From positions 864,001 to 928,000 of the forward strand of contig CAWJET010000002.1 of assembly GCA_963842085.1 (NCBI GenBank): DNA of 64,000 nt, read 5' to 3'. Position numbers and translations under genes: made by a program. The stretch is from an uncultured delta proteobacterium (GTDB taxonomy: Bacteria > Desulfobacterota > Binatia > Binatales > Binataceae). This document shows, in pieces, positions 39,245-49,312 of the stretch (positions are counted from its first letter, which is position 1; every line of letters starts with the position of its first letter). Under the pieces are notes generated by a model. It was not told the DNA's origin. It was given only the letters and a program-made list of their open reading frames with translations, and did no database searches.

Positions 39245-39874
39245 TTACCTGCCGCGCCCGGCCGCCAGCATCCGCTCCGCCTGCTTGCGAAGCGCCTGGC
39301 GCGCGCGGAACGCACGAATTTTTACCTTGGCCTCACTCCATCCAAGCGTCTGCGCGATTTCGCTGACGCTCAATTCTTCGCTCTCCTTCAACACCATCAC
39401 CATTCGGTCCTCGGGCTTGAGCGTGTCGAGCAGCCGATGCGCCAAGTCGTAAGCCTCGCGCCGCTCTTCGGACTCACCGACGATCTCCTCCGGTGACGCG
39501 ACATTTGCGGTCTGCATCCATTGCACTTCCGGCGCGCTGAAATCTCCGACCAACTCCTCGGGACGTCGGCGCCGCCGGCGCAACTCGTCGTAACACAGAT
39601 TCACCACGATCGCGCGCAGCCATCCGCCAAACGGCATCTCCGCCCGGTACGTCGCCAGCGCGGTATAGGCCCGGATAAAGCTTTCCTGCGTGATATCGCG
39701 CGCCATCTCTTCGTCCGAAAAAAATCGCCTGCATAACCGCTCCACCCTTGGTCGATGCCGCGCCGCGAGCTCGGTAAAGGAGGCAGTCTGCCCGCCAAGG
39801 ACGTCGGCTATCAGTTCCTCGTCGGGTTTGGCGCTCAATCTCCACCCCGCCCTTGGAGCCGCCGAGAGACCCAA
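39245..39874 (-). CDS. ECF sigma-70 factor
   Basis: DITQESFIRAY, FGGWLRAI, SVSEIA, KVKIRAFRAR. Confidence 0.92.
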   Translation of the reverse strand: MGLSAAPRAGWRLSAKPDEELIADVLGGQTASFTELAARHRPRVERLCRRFFSDEEMARDITQESFIRAYTALATYRAEMPFGGWLRAIVVNLCYDELRRRRRRPEELVGDFSAPEVQWMQTANVASPEEIVGESEERREAYDLAHRLLDTLKPEDRMVMVLKESEELSVSEIAQTLGWSEAKVKIRAFRARQALRKQAERMLAAGRGR

Positions 39875-40088
39875 CCTAACCGTTTATTAATACGCACTGT
39901 CCCGTGGTCGGTTACACGCATTCGCCGGATTTTTGCCTTCATGCGATGATCCAGGCAGGCAAACTGGAAAATTCGTCCGAGAATCATCAGGCTCAGGGAA
40001 TAACATAGAACGAGCCATCCATCGTAGCCCACGTCACGCAGGGTGCGCACGGTCGCGTCGCGCAGCCGCTCCAATTGACAATCACAGT

Positions 40089-40694
40089 TCATCGCGTCGG
40101 AGGCGGAGGCAGGCCGGCGCGGATCAGGTCGGAGGGCGTGTCCAGGTCGAGATTGATTCCTGGATCGGCCAGGTCAACGTAGGCTACCCGCGACGCGTCG
40201 GCGTTCACCACGTGACGCGCGCCCTCTTCTTCGGGAGCGGACTGGAGTTCGGCGAATAGTGCGCGATCGAAAATCACCGGATGACCCCGGTTGCCGGCGT
40301 GGCGCGCGATCACAATCGGTTTGCCGGTTCGATTGTACGAATCGACAATCGCGCGGAACGTTTCGACCTGGACCATCGGATGGTCTCCCAAGTGCACCAG
40401 CGCGCCCGCCGCGTCCGGTTGAAGAGCACCGAGGCCAAGCTTCAGCGACGACAGTTGCCCGCGCGCATAGTCCGGATTCTCGACGATCGCGATACGCTCG
40501 TCACGCGGAATCGCGGCGCGTACGCCCTCGCGATGCGCCCCTATCACAATCACGAGTCGCGGCACTACTGCGAGCATCGTCTGTGCAATGTGCTGGATAA
40601 AAGTTCGCCCGTCGATCTCGAGCAGCGGTTTCGGATATCCCATCCGCCGCGACTCGCCCGCCGCCAGGATGATGCCTTCGAGCTGCCGCTTCAT
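40089..40694 (-). CDS. MocA-like nucleotidyltransferase
   Basis: LAAGESRRMG, GD.P, GHPV, DLDTP; adjacent to xdhC. Confidence 0.88.
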   Translation of the reverse strand: MKRQLEGIILAAGESRRMGYPKPLLEIDGRTFIQHIAQTMLAVVPRLVIVIGAHREGVRAAIPRDERIAIVENPDYARGQLSSLKLGLGALQPDAAGALVHLGDHPMVQVETFRAIVDSYNRTGKPIVIARHAGNRGHPVIFDRALFAELQSAPEEEGARHVVNADASRVAYVDLADPGINLDLDTPSDLIRAGLPPPPTR

Positions 40695-40725
40695 TGTTCA
40701 GATTTCAGGCGGGCATCGAGGCAGG

Positions 40726-41886
40726 CTATTTCGAGCGTTTGAGAATGCCGAAACGCACGCCGAGGGTGAACTCGTCGCGCTCTTCGGTCCGGCGCTCGCG
40801 AATAATCTCGGCAATTATCGAGATCGCGATCTCCTCCGGCGTTTCGCTGCCGATCGCAACGCCGAGCGGCGCATGAACGTCGGCGAGCCGCTGCCCGGGA
40901 ACCCCGCTCTCGCCAATTCTTTCGAGAGTCGCCTTCACCCGGCGGCGCGAACCGATCATCCCGACGAATCCGCACGGCTGCGTCAGCGCCGCGCGCACGA
41001 CTTCCTCGTCGAACGAATGGCCGCGCGTGACCGAAATCAGGTAGCAGTGGCCGTCGAGCGCGAGCGAGTCGATCGCGGCTTTGAAAGGCTTGACGATTAT
41101 TTCGTCGGCGTCCGGAAACCGCTCGCGATTCGCAAACGACACGCGATCGTCGATTACCGTCACGTGAAACCCCAGCATCGCTCCCAGCGCACACAACGGC
41201 ACCGCGATATGCCCCGCGCCGACGATTATCAGCCGCTGCGCGCCGACGATCGGATCGACGAACAGCCGCACGCCGCCGTTGGGCTCGAGATGCGTGACAG
41301 GTTGAAGCCCGCCGCCGCGATCAACTTCGAGCAAGACGGGAATTGCGTCGGCCGTCCGCTCGACGATCTGCGCGACTGCCGCATCCGGCAACTCCATCGG
41401 TCTCGCGTCGCGCGCGCCCGCATCGCGCGGATCAATAAACGTCCGCGACCCGGCCGCTACTTCCGCTCGCGCACCCGGATCGACCACCGTCAGCAGCGCG
41501 CCGGGCGCGCTGCGGCTGACGGCGTCGGCCAGCTTGCGCGCAATTCCGAGGTCGCGAGCCGGGGACCACAGATCGACGAACACGTCCATTATTCCACCGC
41601 AGGTGCCGAGCTCGCGCTGGTCGAAATCGCCGGTGAGATCGACTTCGGCCAGCCGCGCGCCGCGGTCGTTGTTTTCTTCAAGTAATACACGAGCTTTTCG
41701 AAAAACCTCGGCTTCGCCGCAGCCGCCGCCGATGGTGCCAAACTGGCCGTCCGCGCGGACGATCATCTTGGCGCCAACTTCGCGCGGCGTGGAGCCACGA
41801 ACATTCACCACCGTTGCCAGCGCGAACGGCTGCCCGCGCTCGAGCGTGCGCAAGGCCTCAGCCCAAATTTGATCCGAACCGCTCAT
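40726..41886 (-). CDS. xdhC: XdhC/CoxI family molybdoenzyme maturation factor
   Basis: GSTPREVGAKM, GTIGGGC, CGG, GAGHIA, TRGH, GMIGS, TPEEIA. Confidence 0.9.
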   Translation of the reverse strand: MSGSDQIWAEALRTLERGQPFALATVVNVRGSTPREVGAKMIVRADGQFGTIGGGCGEAEVFRKARVLLEENNDRGARLAEVDLTGDFDQRELGTCGGIMDVFVDLWSPARDLGIARKLADAVSRSAPGALLTVVDPGARAEVAAGSRTFIDPRDAGARDARPMELPDAAVAQIVERTADAIPVLLEVDRGGGLQPVTHLEPNGGVRLFVDPIVGAQRLIIVGAGHIAVPLCALGAMLGFHVTVIDDRVSFANRERFPDADEIIVKPFKAAIDSLALDGHCYLISVTRGHSFDEEVVRAALTQPCGFVGMIGSRRRVKATLERIGESGVPGQRLADVHAPLGVAIGSETPEEIAISIIAEIIRERRTEERDEFTLGVRFGILKRSK

Positions 41887-41946
41887 TGGAGCACCCTGAG
41901 TAGAACCTACCAGAACCCGCGCGCGCGATGAATGCGCGCCCGTGCG

Positions 41947-42243
41947 TCAGTCGGAGAGCTGGTGGAGAATCGCGCGCGCCTGAAGCAGGCTGTCCTCGGC
42001 AGACTTGTAGTCGCCGGCTTTGATTGCCGCCTCGCTCTTCTGTTCCAACTGGCTCGCGTCGAAGAGCTGCTTGCGCTTGACCGGATCGGTGGGACCGTTG
42101 TCGCGTACGTGCGCCAACTCAAGTGCCACCTGGCGCTCCAGCCGGACCAACTCCGGCGGCGGCGAAGCTGCCATCGCCGGGCTCGCGCCAACAAGCGTTG
42201 CAATTGCCGCCATCGCCACGAGCAGTCGTGCGCCCGTCCTCAT
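41947..42243 (-). CDS. Small exported hypothetical protein
   Basis: Signal AMA; helical mature part. Confidence 0.6.
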   Translation of the reverse strand: MRTGARLLVAMAAIATLVGASPAMAASPPPELVRLERQVALELAHVRDNGPTDPVKRKQLFDASQLEQKSEAAIKAGDYKSAEDSLLQARAILHQLSD

Positions 42244-42327
42244 CAGGGTTGGACTTTTACTGAATCGATGTAGTTTTTTCCACCTCCGGCGTACTGGTTG
42301 AGCGCGCTGAACGCAGCCGAGGGAGTC

Positions 42328-43497
42328 TTAGAGCGTAGGCTGGACGGGAACGCGGTGCGGATTCTCGGCGATCCCGTAACGGGTTAGCATCCGGTAGAGC
42401 GTCGAGCGCGAAACGCCGAGCAAGTCGGCGGCGCGGCGCCGATTTCCCTCGGTCTCTTCGAGCGAACGCATCAGGGTCTGCTTGATCACGTCATCGAGCA
42501 GGAAGCCCGGCGCCTCGCCGCCGAAATCTATGGCGGGCAAGCGGTGGACGAGCGGTGTGGCCGGATGGCCGCTGGTGGACGACTCCTCGTGCGGGTACAA
42601 CAACTCGGCGCCGGTGCCGTCCAAAATGTGCGACGGCATATCGGACGCATTGATGCTATTGCTCTCGCTCAACATCACTGCGCTCTCGATCGCGTTGGAA
42701 AGTTCGCGGACATTCCCCGGCCATTGATATGCGCAAAGGATCTCGATTGCGCTACGCGAGATTTCGGAGACATTTTTGCCGAACAGGCGATTGTATTGCT
42801 CGATGAAATAGCCGATGAAAGCCGGGATGGCCTCGCGGCGCTCGCGGAGAGGCGGGATGAAGATCGCCGAAGCGCTCATGCGGTAGTAGAGATCGTCGCG
42901 AAACTGACCCGCTCTGACCATCGAGCGCAGGTCGCGATTGGTCGCCGCAACCAGGCGGAGATCAACCTTGTAGCAATGCGACGAGCCGACCGGCTGAACC
43001 TCGTGTGCCTCGACCGCGCGCAGCAGCTTGGGCTGGAGCTTGAGCGGCAATTCACCGATCTCGTCGAGGAACAGCGTGCCGCCGTTGGCCGAGCGGAAGT
43101 AGCCCTGCGACTCGTCGCGCGCGTCGGTAAAGGCGCCGCGAATGTGGCCGAATAACTGCGACTCGGCCAATGATTCGACCAGGTTGGAACAGTTCAGCGT
43201 TACGAACGGACCGTTTGGCGCGGGACCCAGCGTGTGGAGCGCGCGTGCGACCAGTTCCTTTCCCGTTCCGGATTCGCCTGAAATCAGCACCGTCGCCTTG
43301 TACGGACTCAATTGCGACACCGATTTGAGGACCTTGCGCACCTGCGCCGAGCGTACAACCATGCCGCCGAGCCGATCGGCGTCGTGTACCAGATGAGCCA
43401 GCGACACCATCTCGCTTGCCCCGTTCCCGTTAGCTGTGGGCGTTGCGGATGTGGGCTGATTTCCTACCATCGATTGAGTGTCCACGTGCCGCGCCAA
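42328..43497 (-). CDS. Sigma54-dependent activator (AAA+ and Fis HTH) lacking an N-terminal sensor domain
   Basis: GESGTGKE, GAFTDA, LFLDEIG, WPGNVREL, LGVSRSTLYR. Confidence 0.92.
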   Translation of the reverse strand: MARHVDTQSMVGNQPTSATPTANGNGASEMVSLAHLVHDADRLGGMVVRSAQVRKVLKSVSQLSPYKATVLISGESGTGKELVARALHTLGPAPNGPFVTLNCSNLVESLAESQLFGHIRGAFTDARDESQGYFRSANGGTLFLDEIGELPLKLQPKLLRAVEAHEVQPVGSSHCYKVDLRLVAATNRDLRSMVRAGQFRDDLYYRMSASAIFIPPLRERREAIPAFIGYFIEQYNRLFGKNVSEISRSAIEILCAYQWPGNVRELSNAIESAVMLSESNSINASDMPSHILDGTGAELLYPHEESSTSGHPATPLVHRLPAIDFGGEAPGFLLDDVIKQTLMRSLEETEGNRRRAADLLGVSRSTLYRMLTRYGIAENPHRVPVQPTL

Positions 43498-43725
43498 GCC
43501 ACGCCTTTGGCCTACAGTTGCAGGTCAACCACCATGTTCTTGAGCAAATGACGGGCCAGCGTCTCGGAATCGGGACACTCATTGAACGGCTGTCTGTATT
43601 AGGCACATCTGCGCGGCGCGCCGCATGCGCCGCTCGACGCGGCATTTCGATGCCATCAGGCAGTCAAAATGCGACATTCGGTTGCCGCTTGCAGCCGCGG
43701 CGCAGCGCGTGCCTGCGGCATCGAA

Positions 43726-44172
43726 TCACACGCCGAGGATGTCGGCCAGTACGCGCGCCGGATGGTCGCGCGGATCGACCTGGTCGTACACCCGTTCGAT
43801 GGCGCCGTGCTCGTCGATCAGGAAACTCACGCGGTCAGGATATCTCGCGTCTGCTCCCGAGCATGCGCCGTATGCCATCGCGACTGCATGATCGGAGTCG
43901 CTGAGAAGGGGAAATCCGAACTGGTACCTGCGGGCGAATGCCGCATTGTCTTCGGGCGAATCGAAGCTGACGCCAACGACGCGGATGTTTTTTTCGTCGA
44001 AGTACGATTGATGGTCGCGAAAGCCGCGCCCTTCGAGCGTGCATCCGGGCGTGTTGGCCTCGACGAAGAACCATAGGAGCACTTTGCCGCCGCGAAGACT
44101 CTCCAGAGAAAGGCTCGCGCCATCGTGCGTGGCGAGCGTGAAATCGGGCGCCGGCTCTCCGACCTTGATCAC
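43726..44172 (-). CDS. Peroxiredoxin (BCP/PrxQ-like)
   Basis: APDF, NTPGCTLE, GVSFD, LLSD. Confidence 0.88.
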   Translation of the reverse strand: MIKVGEPAPDFTLATHDGASLSLESLRGGKVLLWFFVEANTPGCTLEGRGFRDHQSYFDEKNIRVVGVSFDSPEDNAAFARRYQFGFPLLSDSDHAVAMAYGACSGADARYPDRVSFLIDEHGAIERVYDQVDPRDHPARVLADILGV

Positions 44173-44200
44173 TTCAATTCAACCCGTTGGTCTCGGTCGA

Positions 44201-44686
44201 TCAATTCAACAAAGCGCGCAGCTGCGCCAGCGCGGATACGCAGGTTGGATCGCCGGGCGCGAATGCGAGCGCGCCTTCGAACTCGTCAATCGCCCGTTTC
44301 ACCATCCCCTTGGCGGCGTAGATTCGACCGAGGTTCATGAACGGATAGTGACGCGGGTCGTAGCGCGGCGCGGTCTTGGCTTTCTCGAGCCACGGGATTG
44401 CCTCGTCGAGCTCGCCCTTGGCGATCAGGTATGCGCCGATATCGTTGTATGGATTGCCAAAGGCGGGGTCGACTTCGATGGCGCGACGGCATTCCGCGAT
44501 CGCATCGTCGATTCGACCCATTGCCTCGAACGCCCATCCGCGAAAGGTGTAGGCCTCCGCGGTCGGAAAGACTTCAATCGATTTGGTGTAGAGTTCGACC
44601 GCGCGCTCGAGATCGTGGTTCATGTGAAAGCGCATCGCCTCGTTCCACAGCTCGAGGGCGCGCGCCCGCGGTTCCGAATCAGCCAT
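44201..44686 (-). CDS. TPR protein
   Basis: PTAEAYTFRGW, DPAFGNPYNDIGAY. Confidence 0.88.
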   Translation of the reverse strand: MADSEPRARALELWNEAMRFHMNHDLERAVELYTKSIEVFPTAEAYTFRGWAFEAMGRIDDAIAECRRAIEVDPAFGNPYNDIGAYLIAKGELDEAIPWLEKAKTAPRYDPRHYPFMNLGRIYAAKGMVKRAIDEFEGALAFAPGDPTCVSALAQLRALLN

Positions 44687-44763
44687 GATCGATCGGTTAT
44701 TGCGCCGCTGCGCCCGCGTCAAGTGGGGGCGCTGGCGCGCGCGACGCGGGCGCGCGAGTGCGA

Positions 44764-45698
44764 TTACTTTCGAAGCGCCCGCATGATCTGAATCATCGCG
44801 GGGCCGACGATCACGCTCATCATCGCGGTAGAATGAACAGCACGAGCGGGAAGAGAATTTTGACCGTGGTCTTGGCGGCGGCTTCTTCGGCGCGCAACCG
44901 CCGGGTGGTGCGCAGGGTGTCCGAGATCGAGCGCAGGGCGGGGCCGATTTGAGCGCCCAGCTTTTCGCTCTGCACCAGCGTCGCGGCCAGCGGTTTGATG
45001 TCTTCGACGGCGGTGCGCTCGGCGAAGCTTCTGAGGGCCTGGCCGAGCGAACTGCCGGCGGCGAGTTCGGCTGACACGATGGAAAGCTCGGTTCCTATTT
45101 CCTGTTTTTGGCGCTGTGTTTCCGAGCCGACGATCTTGATCGCTTCGCTGAGACCGAGGCCCGCTTCGACGCAGACCACCAGCAAGTCCAAAACGTCGGA
45201 GAGCTGGCTGGCGATTGCCTGCTGACGCTGCCTGGCCCTGCGGCTGATGTAGTAGCTCGGCGCGAACGCACCAACGCCGGCGCCGATCAGCATGAAGATC
45301 AGCGGCTTGATTCCCTGAGAGCCTAACGCAACCGAAGCGACGAGCGCACCAATCGCAAGCCCCGCCGTAGAAGCGAGGCGGGCGAAGTGAAAGGTGCGTA
45401 CGGCTTGGGACCCGGGAAAGCCGGCGCGCACCAAGGTCTGCGCCAGCTTCTCGCGTTCCGGAGTGTTCATCGCCGGTTCGGGAAGACGCTTAGCGACCCA
45501 TCGAAACAAAGCATTCGCAAACGAATCCGACTCCATATCGACGTTGGCAGGATTTCCATACGCGACGCGCATCTTGACGCCGATATCGGCGATACGCTCG
45601 TCAAACGGGCGATGAATGCCGTAGATGGCGGCGTAGATCGCAAAAGAGATCCCACCGAACAAAACGAACACGGTCAGGCTCGCGTAGACGGCCGTCAT
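44764..45698 (-). pseudogene. tadC: TadC (T2SSF family); 1-nt deletion near 44826 removes the last TM helix
   Basis: LDLLVVCVEAGLG, AEEAAAK. One added base restores LPAMMSVIVGPAMIQIMRALRK-stop at 44764. Confidence 0.8.
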
Positions 45699-45707
45699 CG
45701 CAGTATT

Positions 45708-46670
45708 TTAGTACTTCACCTTCAGCAGCTTGCGAATTGAGAGGAACGCCAGAACGTCGAGCACGCAGGCGACTTCGAGAATCTTCTGGCCGGTCGGATC
45801 GAAAAAAAGCGTGTTGGTGTAGCTCGGCTGAATGACGCTGAACGCCGCCAGCATCACGATCGGCAGGAACCCAACCAGTATCCCGCTCATCTTGGATTGG
45901 GCCGTGAGCGCCCTGATTTGCTGTTGCAGGCGCTGGCGGGTGCGCACGATTTCCGAGAGCCGCCCGATTATTATCGCCAGCGAGCTGCCGACCTCCGATT
46001 GCACGCGCACCGCGACGACCAGCAGGCGGAGATCGTCCTGCGGCACGCGCTTGAGCATCTCTTCCATAGCGCGCGGCAGCGGCAGCCCGAGCCGGCTCTG
46101 TTCGATAGCCGAACGGAACTCGGTGCTGATCGGATCGGCGAACTCGGCCACCACGACTTGCAGACCGCGCAGCAACGTATGGCCGGCTTCGAGCGACGAT
46201 TTGATCAGATCGAGCGCGTATGGCAGTTGTTTGGCGAACGCCTTGAGCCGGCGGTCCCGGCGCACCCGGATATACAAGATCGGCAGGATCGCCATACCTG
46301 AGCCCAGAGCGACCGACAGGAGTACTTCGCCTCAAATCACTTCGCCTGCGATCAGACCCGCCGTGAACATCAGCAGAATGACGAGGAGGACATCGGCAAG
46401 CCGGGCATAAATTCCCGCCTGCCAGAGATTTTCCTCGAGCTTTTGCAGCAGATTGAGCCGGTAGAGCCAGCTTAGAAATTCCCGTCCGGTCAGGCGGCGA
46501 CGATCGGTCTTCGTGATATCGCCTTCCAGGCCTGCGTCCGGCCGCGCCATCCGTCGCATAGCGGAGCGCGTAACGCCGAGCGGACTGCCGCGGCGCATGA
46601 ACACCAGCGCACAGATCACCAGCACCAGGCCGGCGACGGCTGCCGGAATCAGCAGGGAGTCGAGGTTCAT
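45708..46670 (-). pseudogene. tadB: TadB interrupted by an in-frame TGA at 46332-46334
   Basis: The two ORF-track fragments are in the same frame: ...AGEVI*GEVLLSVALGSGMAILP...QLPYALD...; ATGA-coupled to tadA. Confidence 0.85.
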
Positions 46671-48049
46671 CGCGCCGCCGCCTTGATCACCTTGGAGTCC
46701 GTCTTGTATCCCGCCGTTTCGAGGCGCTGGTTGTAGACCGAGCGAATGCCGGTGGAGCGAAAGCTGCCGTTGATTTTTCCCGTCGCCGTGGTATCGGCGC
46801 GAACAAACTCGAACAAGTCCTGCATCATGATCATCTCGCCTTCCATGCCGCTGAGCTCGGAGATCTTCATGACCTTGCGCGAACCGTCGGACAGCCGGCT
46901 GACGTGGACGATAATGTTGACGGCGGAGGCAATCTGCTGGCGCATCGCGCGCTGCGGAATCGCGACGCCCGACAGCAGCATCATCATCTCGAGCCGGCCC
47001 AGGCATTCGCGCGGACTGTTGGCGTGGATGGTGGCGATAGAACCGTCATGGCCGGTGGACATCGCCTGCAACATGTCGAAGATTTCGGCGCCGCGAACCT
47101 CGCCAACCACGATGCGGTCGGGGCGCATGCGCAGACAGTTCTTGACCAGGTCGCGCTGGGTGACCTCGCCGCGGCCTTCAAGGTTGGCCGGGCGCGTCTC
47201 GAGGCGCACGACATGAGGCTGCTGCAAGGACAGCTCGGCGGAGTCCTCGATGGTGACGATTCGTTCGTCTTCGGGAACGAACGCGGACAGGCAATTGAGC
47301 ATCGTGGTCTTGCCCAAGCCAGTACCGCCGCAAACGATTACGTTCAGGCGCGCCCGGACCACCGCGAGCATGAACTCGACGAGGTCCCAGGTCAGCGCCT
47401 CTTTCTCGACCAGCGCCCCGATATCGAAGCGATGCTTGCCGAAGCGCCGGATCGACAGGGCCGGCCCGTCGAGCGCCAGCGGCGGGATGATGGCGTTGAT
47501 GCGCGAGCCGTCGGGCAACCGCGCATCGACCATCGGCGAGGATTCATCGACGCGCCGGCCGACGCGAGAGACGATGCGGTCGATGATCAGCATCAGGTGC
47601 TGGTCGTCCTGGAATGCAACATCGGTCAGGCGCAGCTTGCCGTGCTTTTCGACGTAGACCTGGTTGTGGCCGTTGACCAGGATGTCGGTGATTTCGTCGT
47701 CGCGGAGCAACGGCTCCAGCGGGCCCAGGCCGAGCAGCTCGTTCTTGAGTTCCTCGATCAGCCGGCCGCGGTCGGTGTCGGTCAGGAGGCGGCCGTCCTC
47801 ATTAAGAATGTCATTGATTGCGGCAGCGACCTTGGTCGAGACCATCGCGGGCTCCAGGGTCTCGAGCTTGGACACGTCGATAGTCTCGAACAGTTTGTTG
47901 TGAACTTTGACCTTTAAGCGGCGCGAGCTATCCGCGATCGCATCTTTGCGCCGGCGCACGGTCGCGCCGATCAGCGAGCCGCTGGCGGAGGCGGCCTCTG
48001 GCGGGCGGCCGGATCTGGTGACATTTGACAGCCGTTCAGTCAGTCCCAT
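46667..48049 (-). CDS. tadA: TadA/CpaF secretion ATPase
   Basis: [47 protein letters not shown]. Confidence 0.95.
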   Translation of the reverse strand: MGLTERLSNVTRSGRPPEAASASGSLIGATVRRRKDAIADSSRRLKVKVHNKLFETIDVSKLETLEPAMVSTKVAAAINDILNEDGRLLTDTDRGRLIEELKNELLGLGPLEPLLRDDEITDILVNGHNQVYVEKHGKLRLTDVAFQDDQHLMLIIDRIVSRVGRRVDESSPMVDARLPDGSRINAIIPPLALDGPALSIRRFGKHRFDIGALVEKEALTWDLVEFMLAVVRARLNVIVCGGTGLGKTTMLNCLSAFVPEDERIVTIEDSAELSLQQPHVVRLETRPANLEGRGEVTQRDLVKNCLRMRPDRIVVGEVRGAEIFDMLQAMSTGHDGSIATIHANSPRECLGRLEMMMLLSGVAIPQRAMRQQIASAVNIIVHVSRLSDGSRKVMKISELSGMEGEMIMMQDLFEFVRADTTATGKINGSFRSTGIRSVYNQRLETAGYKTDSKVIKAAAR

Positions 48050-48059
48050 CTTGCGTACC

Positions 48060-49247
48060 TCATCGACTTTGATTCGCGGCGAAGGCGGACTTGAGCCGCG
48101 ACATGAATGTTTCCTGAAGGGGCGGCGGTTCCTTACGCGGCATGACCAGCGCGGCGAGATCAAGCATCGCGCGCGCGGCCGGAGAGGACGGCGCGAGCTG
48201 GAACAGGTCCTGCGCCTTCATCTCGATAGTTTCGAAAGTGCGATCGTCGGTCGGAATCCTGGCGTAGATCGACTTGGCGAGAGTCGATTCGATGGCCTTC
48301 TCGGTCAGCGGATGCGATGGACTGTAACGATTGAGAATGAAGCGCGGCTCGAGCGTGGTAAGGCCCAGGCGCTCGAAGAGATCGACGAATCGCCAGGCGC
48401 ATCGGGCCGCCGCGATCGACTGATTGAGCACGTAAAACAGATGCTCGGAGCGCTCCCACGCGGCGACTGCGTTTTCGTCCACGTGGTCGCCGCAATCGGC
48501 GATCACGTAGTCGAACAACTGACGGATCAGATCGAGCACGGTGCCGATCGTGAGGTCCGAGACCAATTCGCCTTCTTCGATTCGCTTCGGCGCGGCCAGC
48601 AAATAGACACCCGATTGATGCTTGGTCAAGGCGGATTCGAGCTGGATGGAATCGAGTTTATGCTCCAGGCGCACCAGCGGCATGATTGTCACTTCCGGTT
48701 CGAGGTTGAGAAAGACCGCGAGTCCGCAGGTCTGAAGATCGAGATCGACCAGCGCCACGCGTTGATGCAGCGACTCGAGCGCCAGGGCGAGGTTGCCGGC
48801 CACTGAAGTTACCCCGACGCCGCCGACCAAGCTGGTGACGGAAATGACCACACCACCGTCGCGGCGCTCGTTGCGCCAGCGCGCCTCGCTTACCTTGAGC
48901 AGAGCGCGGGTGGCCTCTCCAGGGTCCAGCGGCATGAAGAGAATCTCGTCGGCGCCCGAGCGCAAGGCTCGCTTCATGAGCCCGGGCGAGCGCGGGCCGA
49001 GCACGGCGAGCAGACTTGGGTGCGGCGAATGTTGCGACTGGCTCTGCAGGAAACTCAGCGCACCCTCCTCGTTGCCGTTGACCATCACCAGGGTAGCGTC
49101 GGGCGGCACCGCGGCATTTTCGGAGAGATTGGCCGCGGTGGCAGCCTCACCCTCGATGATCTCAAGTTTAGGCTCTGCCAGGGCCGCCAGCACTTCCTTG
49201 AGCTGGGTGCGCGGTTCGCCGGGATCGCCGACGAGCATGACCTTCAT
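48060..49247 (-). CDS. cpaE: TadZ/CpaE pilus localisation protein
   Basis: Pseudo-receiver domain plus MinD-like GGVGVT and LVDLDLQ. Confidence 0.85.
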   Translation of the reverse strand: MKVMLVGDPGEPRTQLKEVLAALAEPKLEIIEGEAATAANLSENAAVPPDATLVMVNGNEEGALSFLQSQSQHSPHPSLLAVLGPRSPGLMKRALRSGADEILFMPLDPGEATRALLKVSEARWRNERRDGGVVISVTSLVGGVGVTSVAGNLALALESLHQRVALVDLDLQTCGLAVFLNLEPEVTIMPLVRLEHKLDSIQLESALTKHQSGVYLLAAPKRIEEGELVSDLTIGTVLDLIRQLFDYVIADCGDHVDENAVAAWERSEHLFYVLNQSIAAARCAWRFVDLFERLGLTTLEPRFILNRYSPSHPLTEKAIESTLAKSIYARIPTDDRTFETIEMKAQDLFQLAPSSPAARAMLDLAALVMPRKEPPPLQETFMSRLKSAFAANQSR

Positions 49248-49312
49248 CGTGCTCAGACGGCCCTCACTCTTTGATCCGATTGGCACTCGATCATTCTCCG
49301 GCTGATACGTGC

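Noticed and set aside
44040-44043. Peroxiredoxin as a selenoprotein
   Set aside because: The active-site codon is TGC (Cys) and the ORF is uninterrupted.
46332-46334. tadB TGA as selenocysteine or programmed readthrough
   Set aside because: It lies in a hydrophobic TM-loop context where Trp fits; there is no redox motif, and neighbouring genes also carry lesions.
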